Source: Candidatus Nanoclepta minutus (GTDB lineage Archaea > Nanobdellota > Nanobdellia > Nanobdellales > Nanobdellaceae). Taken from it: a stretch of DNA of 32,000 bases. The DNA is taken from the NCBI GenBank assembly GCA_003568775.1, contig MWMI01000002.1, forward strand, positions 79,949 through 111,948, in the 5' to 3' direction. Below the pieces are notes generated by a model. That model was given only the letters and a program-made list of their open reading frames with translations, had not been told where the DNA came from and ran no database searches. Shown piece by piece: positions 16,593-25,468 of this stretch; positions within the stretch are counted from its first letter, which is position 1, and every line of letters starts with the position of its first letter. The position numbers were made by a program, and so were the translations under genes.

Positions 16593-17323
16593 GCCCTACT
16601 CAGCTCAAATATTGATTTATCTGATTTTAGAGGGTTAGTAACTTCTGAACATTTAAATGGGATTGTCAATAGAACGGAAAATAAACCTTCAAAGAATCCT
16701 TCCGAGAAATAATTCTTTATTTTATCCTTATCTTCTATAACTTCCTCTATATCCTTTATTACTTCTGTTTCTACAATATTAGAAGCCGTTATCTTCATAT
16801 TAACTTCCTTCATATTTATTTCAACATTTTCTATATTTCCAAAGCCCATCTTCTCATATAATTTTACGATCCTCTCCAAAACATCTTCCCTTACTATCTT
16901 CTCTGTACCCGAGTACGTCTTATATACGGTACCTATCAAAATTCCAAACCTCTTCCCTATGTTTCTAATAACGTTATAGTCCTTTAGCTCTAAATATAGT
17001 ATCTGAAGGATTTCTATTGGGATTATAACAAACTTCATATCACCCAAAACATAGTTCTTCTTTTCATCATCAAACCTCAACATTTTATTCAAAACTGATT
17101 CCGCATTGTATATGATCTCTAGTAAGTTTATATCTTCGCTTAAATACCATACCTTCGCCTTTCCAACTATTCTATACCCTAAATATCCCCTCTCCCTCAG
17201 TATTTCTAGATGCTTAGATAGAGTTATCCTATTTATCTTAATCAAACGAGAAAGTTCGGATATAGTAAGACCATAAGGATTCTGTTGAAGAGCTTCGATT
17301 ATCCTCTTTTCTATAACATTCAT
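16589..17323 (-). CDS. Winged-helix transcriptional regulator with a C-terminal putative ligand-binding (V4R-like) domain
   Basis: The N-terminal IIEALQQNPYGLTISELSRLIKINRITLSKHLEILRERGYLGYRIVGKAKVWYL is a clear wHTH. The V4R assignment of the C-terminal part is weak. There is a 4-nt ATGA overlap with the downstream fap7-like gene. Confidence 0.5.
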   Translation of the reverse strand: MNVIEKRIIEALQQNPYGLTISELSRLIKINRITLSKHLEILRERGYLGYRIVGKAKVWYLSEDINLLEIIYNAESVLNKMLRFDDEKKNYVLGDMKFVIIPIEILQILYLELKDYNVIRNIGKRFGILIGTVYKTYSGTEKIVREDVLERIVKLYEKMGFGNIENVEINMKEVNMKITASNIVETEVIKDIEEVIEDKDKIKNYFSEGFFEGLFSVLLTIPFKCSEVTNPLKSDKSIFELSRA

Positions 17324-17376
17324 AAAAAATATTTTCTCGTGTAAGATTTATATATTATTTATCTTTATTGTTTATC

Positions 17377-17970
17377 ATGAAACGCTTCTGGCTTCTAATA
17401 ATAATATTGGCAATAATCATTGTATCCCCATCAATCTTTGTTTATAATAACTTCAAGGAAACCGGGCCCCTAAATAGATATTGTAACGATATTGGATGCG
17501 TATATACCAAATACAAAATAGGAGACTTAAAGGACATCCCGATAAACTCTAATGGAAATTTAAGTTATCTAAGAGACTTTAATATAACTTTTATATTTAT
17601 AGATCCTGTATTGCTAAATTCTCAATTAAGCGGAAACTTCTCAGTTTCTTATTTAAATTTAGTCATAGCCCTGAATAACTTTGCTATATATTCAAATAAA
17701 AGTTTAAGAACCATTGGTGTTTGTACGAAAATTGGTGAGGAATGCAATTATTATACAAACAACTCTCTAGATGAGTACTTCTGGTTATTCTATAAAAATG
17801 AGACATATTTAATAAACGGTACAAAGGTTTTGAGGATATATATAGTAAATTCTACGGAAAATGAGATAGAAATAGATAGGAACTTTATATTCTTAAAGGG
17901 TGATGAAAAGGGAATTACGAGGGTTTTAGATAAGTTCTTATTATATTGGTATGGAATTATCGATAGTTAG
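17377..17970 (+). CDS. Signal-anchored extracellular protein, probably N-glycosylated, unknown function
   Basis: The track start at 17368 is TTG. The ATG at 17377 gives MKRFWLLIIILAIIIVSPSIFV (signal/anchor). There are at least eight N-x-S/T sequons. No family recognised. Confidence 0.5.
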   Translation: MKRFWLLIIILAIIIVSPSIFVYNNFKETGPLNRYCNDIGCVYTKYKIGDLKDIPINSNGNLSYLRDFNITFIFIDPVLLNSQLSGNFSVSYLNLVIALNNFAIYSNKSLRTIGVCTKIGEECNYYTNNSLDEYFWLFYKNETYLINGTKVLRIYIVNSTENEIEIDRNFIFLKGDEKGITRVLDKFLLYWYGIIDS

Positions 17971-18421
17971 GGCAATATTAAACTATCAGTTTGGGGATAA
18001 GGTTGGAGACAGGATAGTTGAGAAGTATAAAGATAGTATAAAAGTTGAAGTTAGCAAGAATACTGGGAGAATAAGGAGGGTTTATATAGATGACAAACTC
18101 TTTGGCACTATAGAACCAACAACAGGTTTTATAATACCATCCTTTTTTGGAGGAGAAATAATTAAGGGATTCTTAGAGTATCCAAAATATAGAGTTGTAG
18201 TTTCTGATGATTCATTACCTTTCATAAAAGAAGGAAAATCTGTATTCTGTAAATTCGTTGTTGAAATCGATGATAGTATATTACCAGAGGACATAGTATT
18301 CGTAGTGGATGGTAAGGATAATCTAATTGCGGTTGGGATAGCAAGGTTGTCTGCATCAGAAATAAAGAGCTTTAATAGGGGAGTTGCAGTAAAAATAAAG
18401 CATGTTGGAGGTAATATATAA
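17951..18421 (+). CDS. PUA-domain RNA-binding protein (TGT-C2-like pre-PUA plus PUA)
   Basis: VRAILNYQFGDKVGDRIV...SKNTGRIRRVYIDDKLFGTIEPTTGFII resembles the ArcTGT C2 domain. The C-terminal ...DIVFVVDGKDNLIAVGIARLSASEIKSFNRGVAVKIKH is PUA-like. It overlaps the upstream gene by 20 nt. Confidence 0.65.
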   Translation: MELSIVRAILNYQFGDKVGDRIVEKYKDSIKVEVSKNTGRIRRVYIDDKLFGTIEPTTGFIIPSFFGGEIIKGFLEYPKYRVVVSDDSLPFIKEGKSVFCKFVVEIDDSILPEDIVFVVDGKDNLIAVGIARLSASEIKSFNRGVAVKIKHVGGNI

Positions 18422-18956
18422 AAAGATAATTCCTAAGGATTACTTAGATATAATAAACAGTAAAGAACTTTATAGAAGATTATTCAAACTATCCATATTC
18501 TTATTCAACCTATCAATATATTCCATTCCACTTTTATTGTTCCATTTAGGCTTAATAAAGATACCAATAGAAGTCTTATCTTCCTATACAGACATAATAG
18601 GAAGGCTATTGATCATGGAAAAGGAAATACTGTCTAACAATATAGTAGTTAAAAGTTTTGTATTCCAAATAGATCAGGAATGTATGGGAATAAAGTCAAT
18701 ATTGGGCTTTTTTGCTATAATGATGTCTACCCCAACTAAAGAAATAAAAAGGAGATTTCTATACTTTCTAATATTTTCTCCAATAGTGTTCTCTCTAAAC
18801 ATTCTAAGGATCCTATCTACAGTTTATGGCTTCTATTTTTATAACTTAGATCCAGGCTTCTTCCACAACTTCCTATGGGAAGTTCTAAACGTTATTGCTA
18901 TAGGTAGTTTATGGGCGGTCTTTTATATCAAAAATAAAGATAATACCTTATTTTAA
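18402..18956 (+). CDS. Minimal exosortase/archaeosortase-family membrane protein
   Basis: 184 aa, polytopic. It has the ordered Cys/Arg/His signature of the family: IDQECMGIKSILGFF, then SLNILRILSTVYG, then FFHNFLWEVLNV. It overlaps the upstream PUA gene by 20 nt. Confidence 0.6.
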   Translation: MLEVIYKKIIPKDYLDIINSKELYRRLFKLSIFLFNLSIYSIPLLLFHLGLIKIPIEVLSSYTDIIGRLLIMEKEILSNNIVVKSFVFQIDQECMGIKSILGFFAIMMSTPTKEIKRRFLYFLIFSPIVFSLNILRILSTVYGFYFYNLDPGFFHNFLWEVLNVIAIGSLWAVFYIKNKDNTLF

Positions 18957-19205
18957 CTTAATTAAATCTTCTAATATTCTTCTAAATTCTTCATATTCTT
19001 CTCTACTGAGCTTCTCTATAAAGAAAACTTTACCATCCCTTACAAACAACCTAACATAGTCTCCTTCTGAAATTCCCATAGGAATTGCCTCTAGATCGTA
19101 ATACTTCCTCTCCCCGCCAGCCTCAACGAGTATTCTATCCTTCTTTATTTCCCTTATAACTCCATAGATTAAACCCTCATTCAAATGCAGGAAACCCTCA
19201 TACAT
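18948..19205 (-). CDS. Small cytoplasmic protein, possibly DUF3006-like
   Basis: 85 aa. GVIREIKKDRILVEAGGERKYYDLEAIPMGISEGDYVRLFV...EEYEEFRRILEDL follows the DUF3006 pattern (an E-rich strand, then a lP.ga.eGD motif) as I recall it. Weak. Confidence 0.35.
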   Translation of the reverse strand: MYEGFLHLNEGLIYGVIREIKKDRILVEAGGERKYYDLEAIPMGISEGDYVRLFVRDGKVFFIEKLSREEYEEFRRILEDLIKLK

Positions 19206-19225
19206 AAATTGAATTTACTTTAAAA

Positions 19226-20011
19226 CTATAAAAAAGCTTCAACAAAAGCACCAATTACAATAAAAAATATAGAAAAGAGGAATAATAATAAGGAATCTGA
19301 TACTATCTGTTGCAGAGATTCTTTATCTCTATTAGATAATAAAGATATTGCGAGGATACCCCCGGAAAGAGAGGCTAGGAAATATCCTAAGAATTCCAAT
19401 ATTCCATGAGGAAGTATCCTTAGGAGGGAATAAAGTGGATAAAATACATACTTAAAAATCAAGCTACCAGAATACCCCTCAGCCTTCATCCCAAGGAAGG
19501 TACCGATTATTGAAGAGTTCCATAGGAGTAGATATATAGAACCTGCACCAAATATGACTGATAAGGTAAAGAAGAGCATCAAAACTTTAAGATTGTTTAT
19601 TAGTATAAAGGAGAAGAAAGCATCTTTTCTAAAGGAGTATCCATAAGAAATTGCTTCTTGCCCTATCTCATATACAGCTTTAATCTGCTGTTTAAATAGA
19701 TTCGGGAAAAATATATAAGATATGTAACAAGCAAAGATTGATGCGAAGAATATAGAAAAATAGGATAAGATGAGTTCTCTATGCCTAATTATTATATTTA
19801 TTCTAGAATCCGTACTAAATTTCAATATTTCTTTCTCTAGAAGCCTATTGATAACTTCCATCAGAGGTATCATCGAGAAAGTTATAACGAGTATACCCGA
19901 TGATTCTCCGCTATTTTTTACTAATATAGAGGAAAATATTATAGAAAAGAAAGTTAGAAGGAATAAGAACAAATATTTTCTCTTTATATTGGTTAATAAG
20001 AGGTCATACAT
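19226..20011 (-). CDS. SpoIIM/DUF95-family integral membrane protein
   Basis: 261 aa, multi-pass. LRILPHGILEFLGYFLASLSGGIL matches the HGifEipa..laga.G motif of the stage II sporulation protein M family. Confidence 0.55.
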   Translation of the reverse strand: MYDLLLTNIKRKYLFLFLLTFFSIIFSSILVKNSGESSGILVITFSMIPLMEVINRLLEKEILKFSTDSRINIIIRHRELILSYFSIFFASIFACYISYIFFPNLFKQQIKAVYEIGQEAISYGYSFRKDAFFSFILINNLKVLMLFFTLSVIFGAGSIYLLLWNSSIIGTFLGMKAEGYSGSLIFKYVFYPLYSLLRILPHGILEFLGYFLASLSGGILAISLLSNRDKESLQQIVSDSLLLFLFSIFFIVIGAFVEAFL

Positions 20012-20736
20012 TTCAATATCTCCTTCTCTATTTCATTTAGCCTCCCAGGTATTATTATACATATAGGAGGATTTAAATTCAAGTTCATAGCATTTTTTAT
20101 ATCTGTATATATTATCCTTTCCCCTTCCCTTCCTAGATTGCTGCATAATACTATTTCCGTTTTATCACTAAACATATTTGTATTTTTTAATCTATCAAGA
20201 TTAATAATCCTATTTAGAGCCTCCCTTAGATCCAGGTATTTCCCACTAATAGGATCTAGGTCTAGTAGGATTAAAGTATGCATACCGTTCTTATAGTTTA
20301 CTATTATATCTTCAAAAAAGGACTCCGATTCATGAAAAGGTATAGAAACTATTTTTCCAAACTTATAAAGGAATAAACCCGTTTTTCCTACTTCATCAAA
20401 TATAGAAGAGGATCCTATAACCTTAAACTCTATATTATTATCCTTACAGAATTTTAAAAAATATGCATGAGTCGTTGCAAATAGAGGATTCCCTGAAACC
20501 AGTAACATTATTTTTTTATCCCTATTTTTTAGTATAAAGTCTTCAAGCTCTCCTTCAACAAAATTTCTATCAACTATTATTATATCTTCTCTCAAACTCC
20601 TTAGATATCTTAAAGTATCTTCATCTATAAAGTTCGTATATCCCTCTAAGAACACATAATCCGCTTCCTTTATTTTTTCAACAATACCTATTGGGATTTC
20701 TTCCCTATTATGACCTATCCCACCTAATATGAACAT
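19993..20736 (-). CDS. dph5: Diphthine synthase (Dph5, EF-2 diphthamide biosynthesis methyltransferase)
   Basis: MFILGGIGHNREEIPIGIVEKIKEADYVFLEGYTNFI is a tetrapyrrole-methylase-fold N-terminus typical of archaeal Dph5. Also LVSGNPLFATTH. The size (247 aa) fits. Confidence 0.85.
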   Translation of the reverse strand: MFILGGIGHNREEIPIGIVEKIKEADYVFLEGYTNFIDEDTLRYLRSLREDIIIVDRNFVEGELEDFILKNRDKKIMLLVSGNPLFATTHAYFLKFCKDNNIEFKVIGSSSIFDEVGKTGLFLYKFGKIVSIPFHESESFFEDIIVNYKNGMHTLILLDLDPISGKYLDLREALNRIINLDRLKNTNMFSDKTEIVLCSNLGREGERIIYTDIKNAMNLNLNPPICIIIPGRLNEIEKEILKCMTSY

Positions 20737-23700
20737 TATTTCTTATTGTTAAATAGAAAATCAGCTATATTTTTATTTGAAACTTTCTTTATTGCTCCAA
20801 AAGTCATATTAACCTTGTTCTTTAAGGATTCTAATACAGAAACTGTATACTTATCTAGGTTAACTTTACTGGCTAAAAGTATACTAGGCTCTAAATATTT
20901 AGTAACTGTTCCATAATGGACGGTGAAAGTGAGCCTACCACCACATTTTTCACATCTTCCAGATAATGGAATCCTCCTATACTTTGCGTTACATTTTGTA
21001 CATCTAAACTCCTGCTGTGAGAACTTCCTAAGGTTACCCTTAACATCCATGGCAAAGTGATGGTTTATAACGAGCTTTGCCACAACAGAGATATCAGATG
21101 CCTTTACTATCTCTCCAATAGTTAACTGGTATTTTAATTTATCCAACATAGTTTTGAGGGTCTTATATGCAGAAACTTTATTTCCAACCTTACTAATTGA
21201 ATCTATATCATGTAAAAAGCCCCAATTAGTATATTCATCCTTTCCCAATCTATTCTTTAGTTTTTCTATCTTAACGTTATCTGGAGGAACATATTTTAGA
21301 GTACTTTCATAAAAATCTAATGGATAAAACCAATAAGTATCGAAATCTTGGACTTCATCATCAACTTCCATTCCCTTCAGCCTTAAAGTAACTACTAAAG
21401 GTGCATCCATACTTCCTCCTGTCTTCTGTGGTAAGTATTCAACTGAAAAGTTTATCAGTGCATCCAAAAGCAATATTATACCTCCCTCATCCCCATCACA
21501 GTTCCTCCTTATTCCTGCATGCATCATAGGATGCATAAGTAAAGCCTGAGTCCTCGAGAAACCGATTATCCTTCCAACTACTCCTGCCGATGTATGGGGG
21601 GCTATAGCGATTATTAGATGTCCCAAAAGATCTTCAGGCTTTTTTACGTTATAATACTTAGGTAACTTGTAAAACTTCTCTAATAGTTCATCAACAAACT
21701 TAGTAGCATTAATTAACGATTTTAAGAACCCATCCCTCCTAATTTTACCTCCCTTCCTCAATGGACCAATAGTTGGGAGTATAACATCTTGTGGCTTCAA
21801 TTCCAGTATTTGATCTTCCCTTTCTAAAGGATTACCATAAATATCCTTGTCATATCCTAACTCCCTTAACTTCTCTATAGAAACGTATACCAAATCTTTA
21901 GGTTTAAAGTATGTAATGGGTACTTCAATTGCATCGAACCTTATAGTACCATCTCTAAAAACAAATAGGTTATACTTTGCTCTTAAAATTCCTTTCTCTA
22001 TCCTCTCTGGATGTCTATTCTTTGAAGATAGATCCTTAGGTCCCTTGATGATCTTTGGTAGAGCTGATATTCCAAGGTTCCTAGCGGCAATTTCCAAGTA
22101 TTCTTTAACGTTTATCTCATACTTCTGATGGAGTAGTCCATTCTTCCTCAAAAGAACTGTCTTAGATCCACAATACATACATCTTGTATAAGGTGTTAGC
22201 TTTTTGCATTTCTCGCAGTAATAAGTCTTCAGATCGAAGGTGACTTTACCATAGTTTGAAGTCTCTATCAGGTTCCTTAACCTACCACCCTCTTCCTTTC
22301 CTACGGGAAAGAGAACCATGGGCGATCCCTTCATTTCCCTTATTTTTGCCTTTTCCGGTCTTCCTAACCTTGCTCCAATGTATGTACCAGCCTTGTCCCT
22401 TATTTTTAAGATCGAAACGGTTTGTACAGTTTCTAATCCATCCCTTTTAATTACCGGATCCTTCTCTAAGAACCCCAACTGAACTAGCAATGCAGCAGAA
22501 TAGGGATACTTTATAACTATATTATCGTTCTTTAAAACATGAGGAACTAATATCTCTTCCAATATTTCCTTTATCTCCCTATTATATTTTATCTCTATCC
22601 TTTTAGCAATCTTTATTAAGAAATTCTCATCAGAATAGCTTATCTTTGCCTCCTTTTTGATATATTCAAAGAGTTTCTTGAAATCTTCTCCACTTATGTT
22701 CTTCCAAAAGAAGGTATATAGAGGATGTAAGGGTACATCTAAAATCTTAGATATCTTTATGGCTTCCTTAAAGGTTGGTTTATATTTTAAAGGATACCTC
22801 ATTAGCTTTTCCAACCTTTCTCTTTTTATTTTTAAATATTTACTTAGGTTCTCTATTCCCTCTATATCCTGAAGCTCTAAGGGTTTATTATAATTAAACT
22901 CTACTCTGAATCCATCTACTCTTTCCATAGATTTCACAATAAACTCCTGTACCCACCATTCCTCACAGTAACCTGCAGGAACTAGAGGATGTTTGTTATG
23001 GTAAATGTCCCCATAACTGATTAATATATCTCCTAAGAACAATATTTTGTCCAACATATTTTTCTTCACTATTTTCTTAGCTAAATTTTCTGATGATACC
23101 CTAATAACCGATCCATTCTTTAATCTAACAACTGGAGGTTCGATAGTATCTGAAAAGGTTACTGCAGCTGCCTTTCCAGGTCTCTCTATAGATATCTGAG
23201 ATCCAAAAGCTATAAAGTTGAATAGTAAGATTGATGTTGCTGGATGTATAGATGCTGCTGCATGTCCGTTTGTCCTAGATTTTCCATACCTTAACCTAAA
23301 ACCTCCTTTCTGGGATGGTAGAGCTATTACAGGTCTACCTGCTGTTATCTGAGATAGATACTTCCAATTAGGTTTTATTATACTGTTATCAGATTCCTCT
23401 AATGAATATAGCTTTCCTTTAAATTCCTCAAATTCACCCAACCACTTCCATTCGGATAATCCGTATTTTTCAGCGATTTTACTTAAGTTCTTCCATAACT
23501 TACCTGCCTTCTGGCACAGTCCCTCAGCAATAACTAATACCATACCTCCTCTTATCTTGTTGGTTTCAACTCTAGGTAAATCCTTATAAGCAGGTACTTC
23601 TTCTTCAATAGTAGCTGGTCCCGTAACTTCTATCGGTAATCTCCTAACTACAAAATCTACCTCCTCCTTTTTTGGGGTATACTGCAAATGTTCTGCCCTC

Positions 23701-24284
23701 TTATATTCATAAACTTCTGTTATAACTCTAAGAACTTCCTCTTCAGTTGGATCATATGGAAAATACCCGAATTTCCTCCTTAAAAAGTCTGCCACAATAA
23801 CTGAAAAAGCGGTAGGAGTACCACCAGCTGATCTGACTGGACCGGAGTAATAAACGGCAATATATTCCTTTCCGTCTCTCCTCTTCTTAGCTTCTATTTT
23901 TGCTATACCTTCTGTAGATGCAGCCACAACTCCCAGAGTATGATAGGTAAAGGCAGCCCTAAGCCCCAACTCTATTGAAAGTATTTTGTTCTTCGTTATC
24001 CTATAAACTTCAGAAGAAACATAATCTGCTATTTCTAAAACAGTTGAAAAACTTAAAGGTTCAAAATTTTTCTCTATCTCCTTTATTTTCTTGGATAGTC
24101 CTATCTCACCTATAAGGGGATTTACTGTAATAAGTAACTTCTCTACTCTATCCGCCATATCTTCAGAGTAAGAAATCTCAACGTCCTCAGATGGGTCATA
24201 TCCCTTTTCCCTTGCCTTCTTAGCGATTGAATATGCATCAAAGAACTTGTCACGTATCAGGTTAAAATACTCCTCTATGTTCAT
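20736..24284 (-). CDS. polC: DNA polymerase II (PolD) large catalytic subunit DP2
   Basis: 1182 aa. The N-terminus YFNLIRDKFFDAYSIAKKAREKGYDPSEDVEISYSEDMADRVEKL is typical of DP2. Internal and C-terminal zinc motifs: CEKCKKLTPYTRCMYCGS and CTKCNAKYRRIPLSGRCEKCGG. No intein-sized insertion is evident. Confidence 0.95.
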   Translation of the reverse strand: MNIEEYFNLIRDKFFDAYSIAKKAREKGYDPSEDVEISYSEDMADRVEKLLITVNPLIGEIGLSKKIKEIEKNFEPLSFSTVLEIADYVSSEVYRITKNKILSIELGLRAAFTYHTLGVVAASTEGIAKIEAKKRRDGKEYIAVYYSGPVRSAGGTPTAFSVIVADFLRRKFGYFPYDPTEEEVLRVITEVYEYKRAEHLQYTPKKEEVDFVVRRLPIEVTGPATIEEEVPAYKDLPRVETNKIRGGMVLVIAEGLCQKAGKLWKNLSKIAEKYGLSEWKWLGEFEEFKGKLYSLEESDNSIIKPNWKYLSQITAGRPVIALPSQKGGFRLRYGKSRTNGHAAASIHPATSILLFNFIAFGSQISIERPGKAAAVTFSDTIEPPVVRLKNGSVIRVSSENLAKKIVKKNMLDKILFLGDILISYGDIYHNKHPLVPAGYCEEWWVQEFIVKSMERVDGFRVEFNYNKPLELQDIEGIENLSKYLKIKRERLEKLMRYPLKYKPTFKEAIKISKILDVPLHPLYTFFWKNISGEDFKKLFEYIKKEAKISYSDENFLIKIAKRIEIKYNREIKEILEEILVPHVLKNDNIVIKYPYSAALLVQLGFLEKDPVIKRDGLETVQTVSILKIRDKAGTYIGARLGRPEKAKIREMKGSPMVLFPVGKEEGGRLRNLIETSNYGKVTFDLKTYYCEKCKKLTPYTRCMYCGSKTVLLRKNGLLHQKYEINVKEYLEIAARNLGISALPKIIKGPKDLSSKNRHPERIEKGILRAKYNLFVFRDGTIRFDAIEVPITYFKPKDLVYVSIEKLRELGYDKDIYGNPLEREDQILELKPQDVILPTIGPLRKGGKIRRDGFLKSLINATKFVDELLEKFYKLPKYYNVKKPEDLLGHLIIAIAPHTSAGVVGRIIGFSRTQALLMHPMMHAGIRRNCDGDEGGIILLLDALINFSVEYLPQKTGGSMDAPLVVTLRLKGMEVDDEVQDFDTYWFYPLDFYESTLKYVPPDNVKIEKLKNRLGKDEYTNWGFLHDIDSISKVGNKVSAYKTLKTMLDKLKYQLTIGEIVKASDISVVAKLVINHHFAMDVKGNLRKFSQQEFRCTKCNAKYRRIPLSGRCEKCGGRLTFTVHYGTVTKYLEPSILLASKVNLDKYTVSVLESLKNKVNMTFGAIKKVSNKNIADFLFNNKK

Positions 24285-24290
24285 TTATGA

Positions 24291-24298
24291 TTTAATTT
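24291..24298 (+). promoter_or_regulatory. TATA-like box (TTTAATTT) for the hjc-like gene
   Basis: Lies 20 nt upstream of the ATG at 24319, inside the 34-nt divergent gap. Confidence 0.3.
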
Positions 24299-24307
24299 CA
24301 AAAAAGG

Positions 24308-24315
24308 ATTATATT
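24308..24315 (-). promoter_or_regulatory. TATA-like box (AATATAAT on minus strand) for the PolD operon
   Basis: Lies 23 nt upstream of the ATG at 24284, interdigitated with the hjc box. Confidence 0.3.
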
Positions 24316-24318
24316 CTT

Positions 24319-24648
24319 ATGGCAAGCAACTATAGGATAGGATACTATTATGAAAGAAAAGTAAAAAATATATTAGAAAAGGAAGATTGGGATGTTTGGA
24401 GGAGTCCTGCATCCCATTCTCCAATAGATATAATAGCAATTAAGCCACAAAAAGGTTATGTAAAAATAAAATTAATACAGGTAAAAAGAACTTCTAGAGA
24501 AGATATAAAGGCTGAATACTTTAAATATGATATAGATAACCTTAAAGAATTTGCAAAAAAATATAAGGACTGCGAAAATATTGAAATAGAATTATGGATA
24601 TTTAAAAAGCAAGATAGAAATCCATATATCATGAAGATTTCTTCCTAA
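24319..24648 (+). CDS. hjc: Hjc-type Holliday junction resolvase-like PD-(D/E)xK nuclease
   Basis: From the ATG at 24319: MASNYRIGYYYERKVKNILEKEDWDVWRSPASHSPIDIIAIK...KLIQVKR. This aligns with P. furiosus Hjc: [34 protein letters not shown]...CIEVKV. The track start at 24247 is TTG and overlaps polD, so I prefer 24319 (24277 is also possible). Confidence 0.6.
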   Translation: MASNYRIGYYYERKVKNILEKEDWDVWRSPASHSPIDIIAIKPQKGYVKIKLIQVKRTSREDIKAEYFKYDIDNLKEFAKKYKDCENIEIELWIFKKQDRNPYIMKISS

Positions 24649-25468
24649 TTACAACAAAGAACTCATAAGGTATATCGAATTCCTTTATTATCTCATAGTT
24701 AAGGTTTTTTGCTACTCTCCTTATCCAGTACCTCCAGAACTTCCCTATGCTCCTCATCTTACCTAAACTTTTTTGAGGGAAGCTCACTATAAGGTAATCG
24801 AAATCTATGTTTGATAGTAAACTATAAGGAAGTCTTCTATCTAATTTTTCTAAGACTGGAATTGTCTTCCAAAGGAAAATATACTGGTAGTGCCTCTTAA
24901 TGATATCGTTATCTAAATCCGTAATATCTAGAACGTATCCATACGGTTCTATTCCCATATCCCTTAGTATAACTGTGTTTATCTCTATCACGTCTTCTAA
25001 GAGGTCTATAAAGTAATATTTCCTAGGTCTTTTATCGGAGAATAATATAGAAATTGGGTTTAGGCCAGAAGCTAAATCCATTATTTCTATAGGGTCCTCT
25101 ATAAAGATTTTAGAATAGATCTCCTTATAGAAGTTTAACCTTTCCTTTGTAGAAAGGTTTATCATCAATATTTGAATTACCTTTTCTTCAATTGATATAT
25201 CATCATGAACAATTCTATAAATCTCTCTTAGATCCTTTGGAGCGAAAACTCCAAAAGCTTCATGTAATATCTTTCTAATTTCCTTAAAAAAATAAATAAA
25301 ATCCTCATCTCTTTTTAAAATCTTAAAGTTTTTTGAATTCTTGATCTTCTCATATAAATAGGGTCTCTTCTTTAGTTCCTTTTTAATTATTTTTATTAAA
25401 AAATCCTCTGATATTCCTCTAAGCTCTTTTTTATCCTTTATATTTAAAACTAGTTCATACAGATCCAT
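24629..25468 (-). CDS. FmrO/ArmA/Rmt/Sgm-family 16S rRNA (guanine1405-N7)-methyltransferase homologue
   Basis: Five collinear blocks match Sgm/RmtB as I remember them. ILHEAFGVFAP (Sgm LHEIYGAFLP). NLSTKERLNFYKEIYSKIF (HISTRERLPHLDEFYRELF). IMDLASGLNPISI (LRDLACGLNPLAA). LWKTIPVLEKLDR (LLKTLPCLETQRR). IVSFPQKSLGKM (VVTFPTKSLGQR). Confidence 0.7.
   Translation of the reverse strand: MDLYELVLNIKDKKELRGISEDFLIKIIKKELKKRPYLYEKIKNSKNFKILKRDEDFIYFFKEIRKILHEAFGVFAPKDLREIYRIVHDDISIEEKVIQILMINLSTKERLNFYKEIYSKIFIEDPIEIMDLASGLNPISILFSDKRPRKYYFIDLLEDVIEINTVILRDMGIEPYGYVLDITDLDNDIIKRHYQYIFLWKTIPVLEKLDRRLPYSLLSNIDFDYLIVSFPQKSLGKMRSIGKFWRYWIRRVAKNLNYEIIKEFDIPYEFFVVIRKKSS

Noticed and set aside
24247-24318. 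Longer N-terminal versions of four genes as given in the ORF track: 24247 hjc-like, 26222 E1-like, 17368 glycoprotein, 28585 PRC-barrel.
   Set aside because: The first three start at TTG and either overlap the neighbouring gene or add non-homologous residues. A downstream ATG in each case gives an N-terminus matching the family pattern and a TATA-like box at the usual 20-24 nt. For 28585 (an ATG), the added 13 codons coincide with the promoter-like AT tract.
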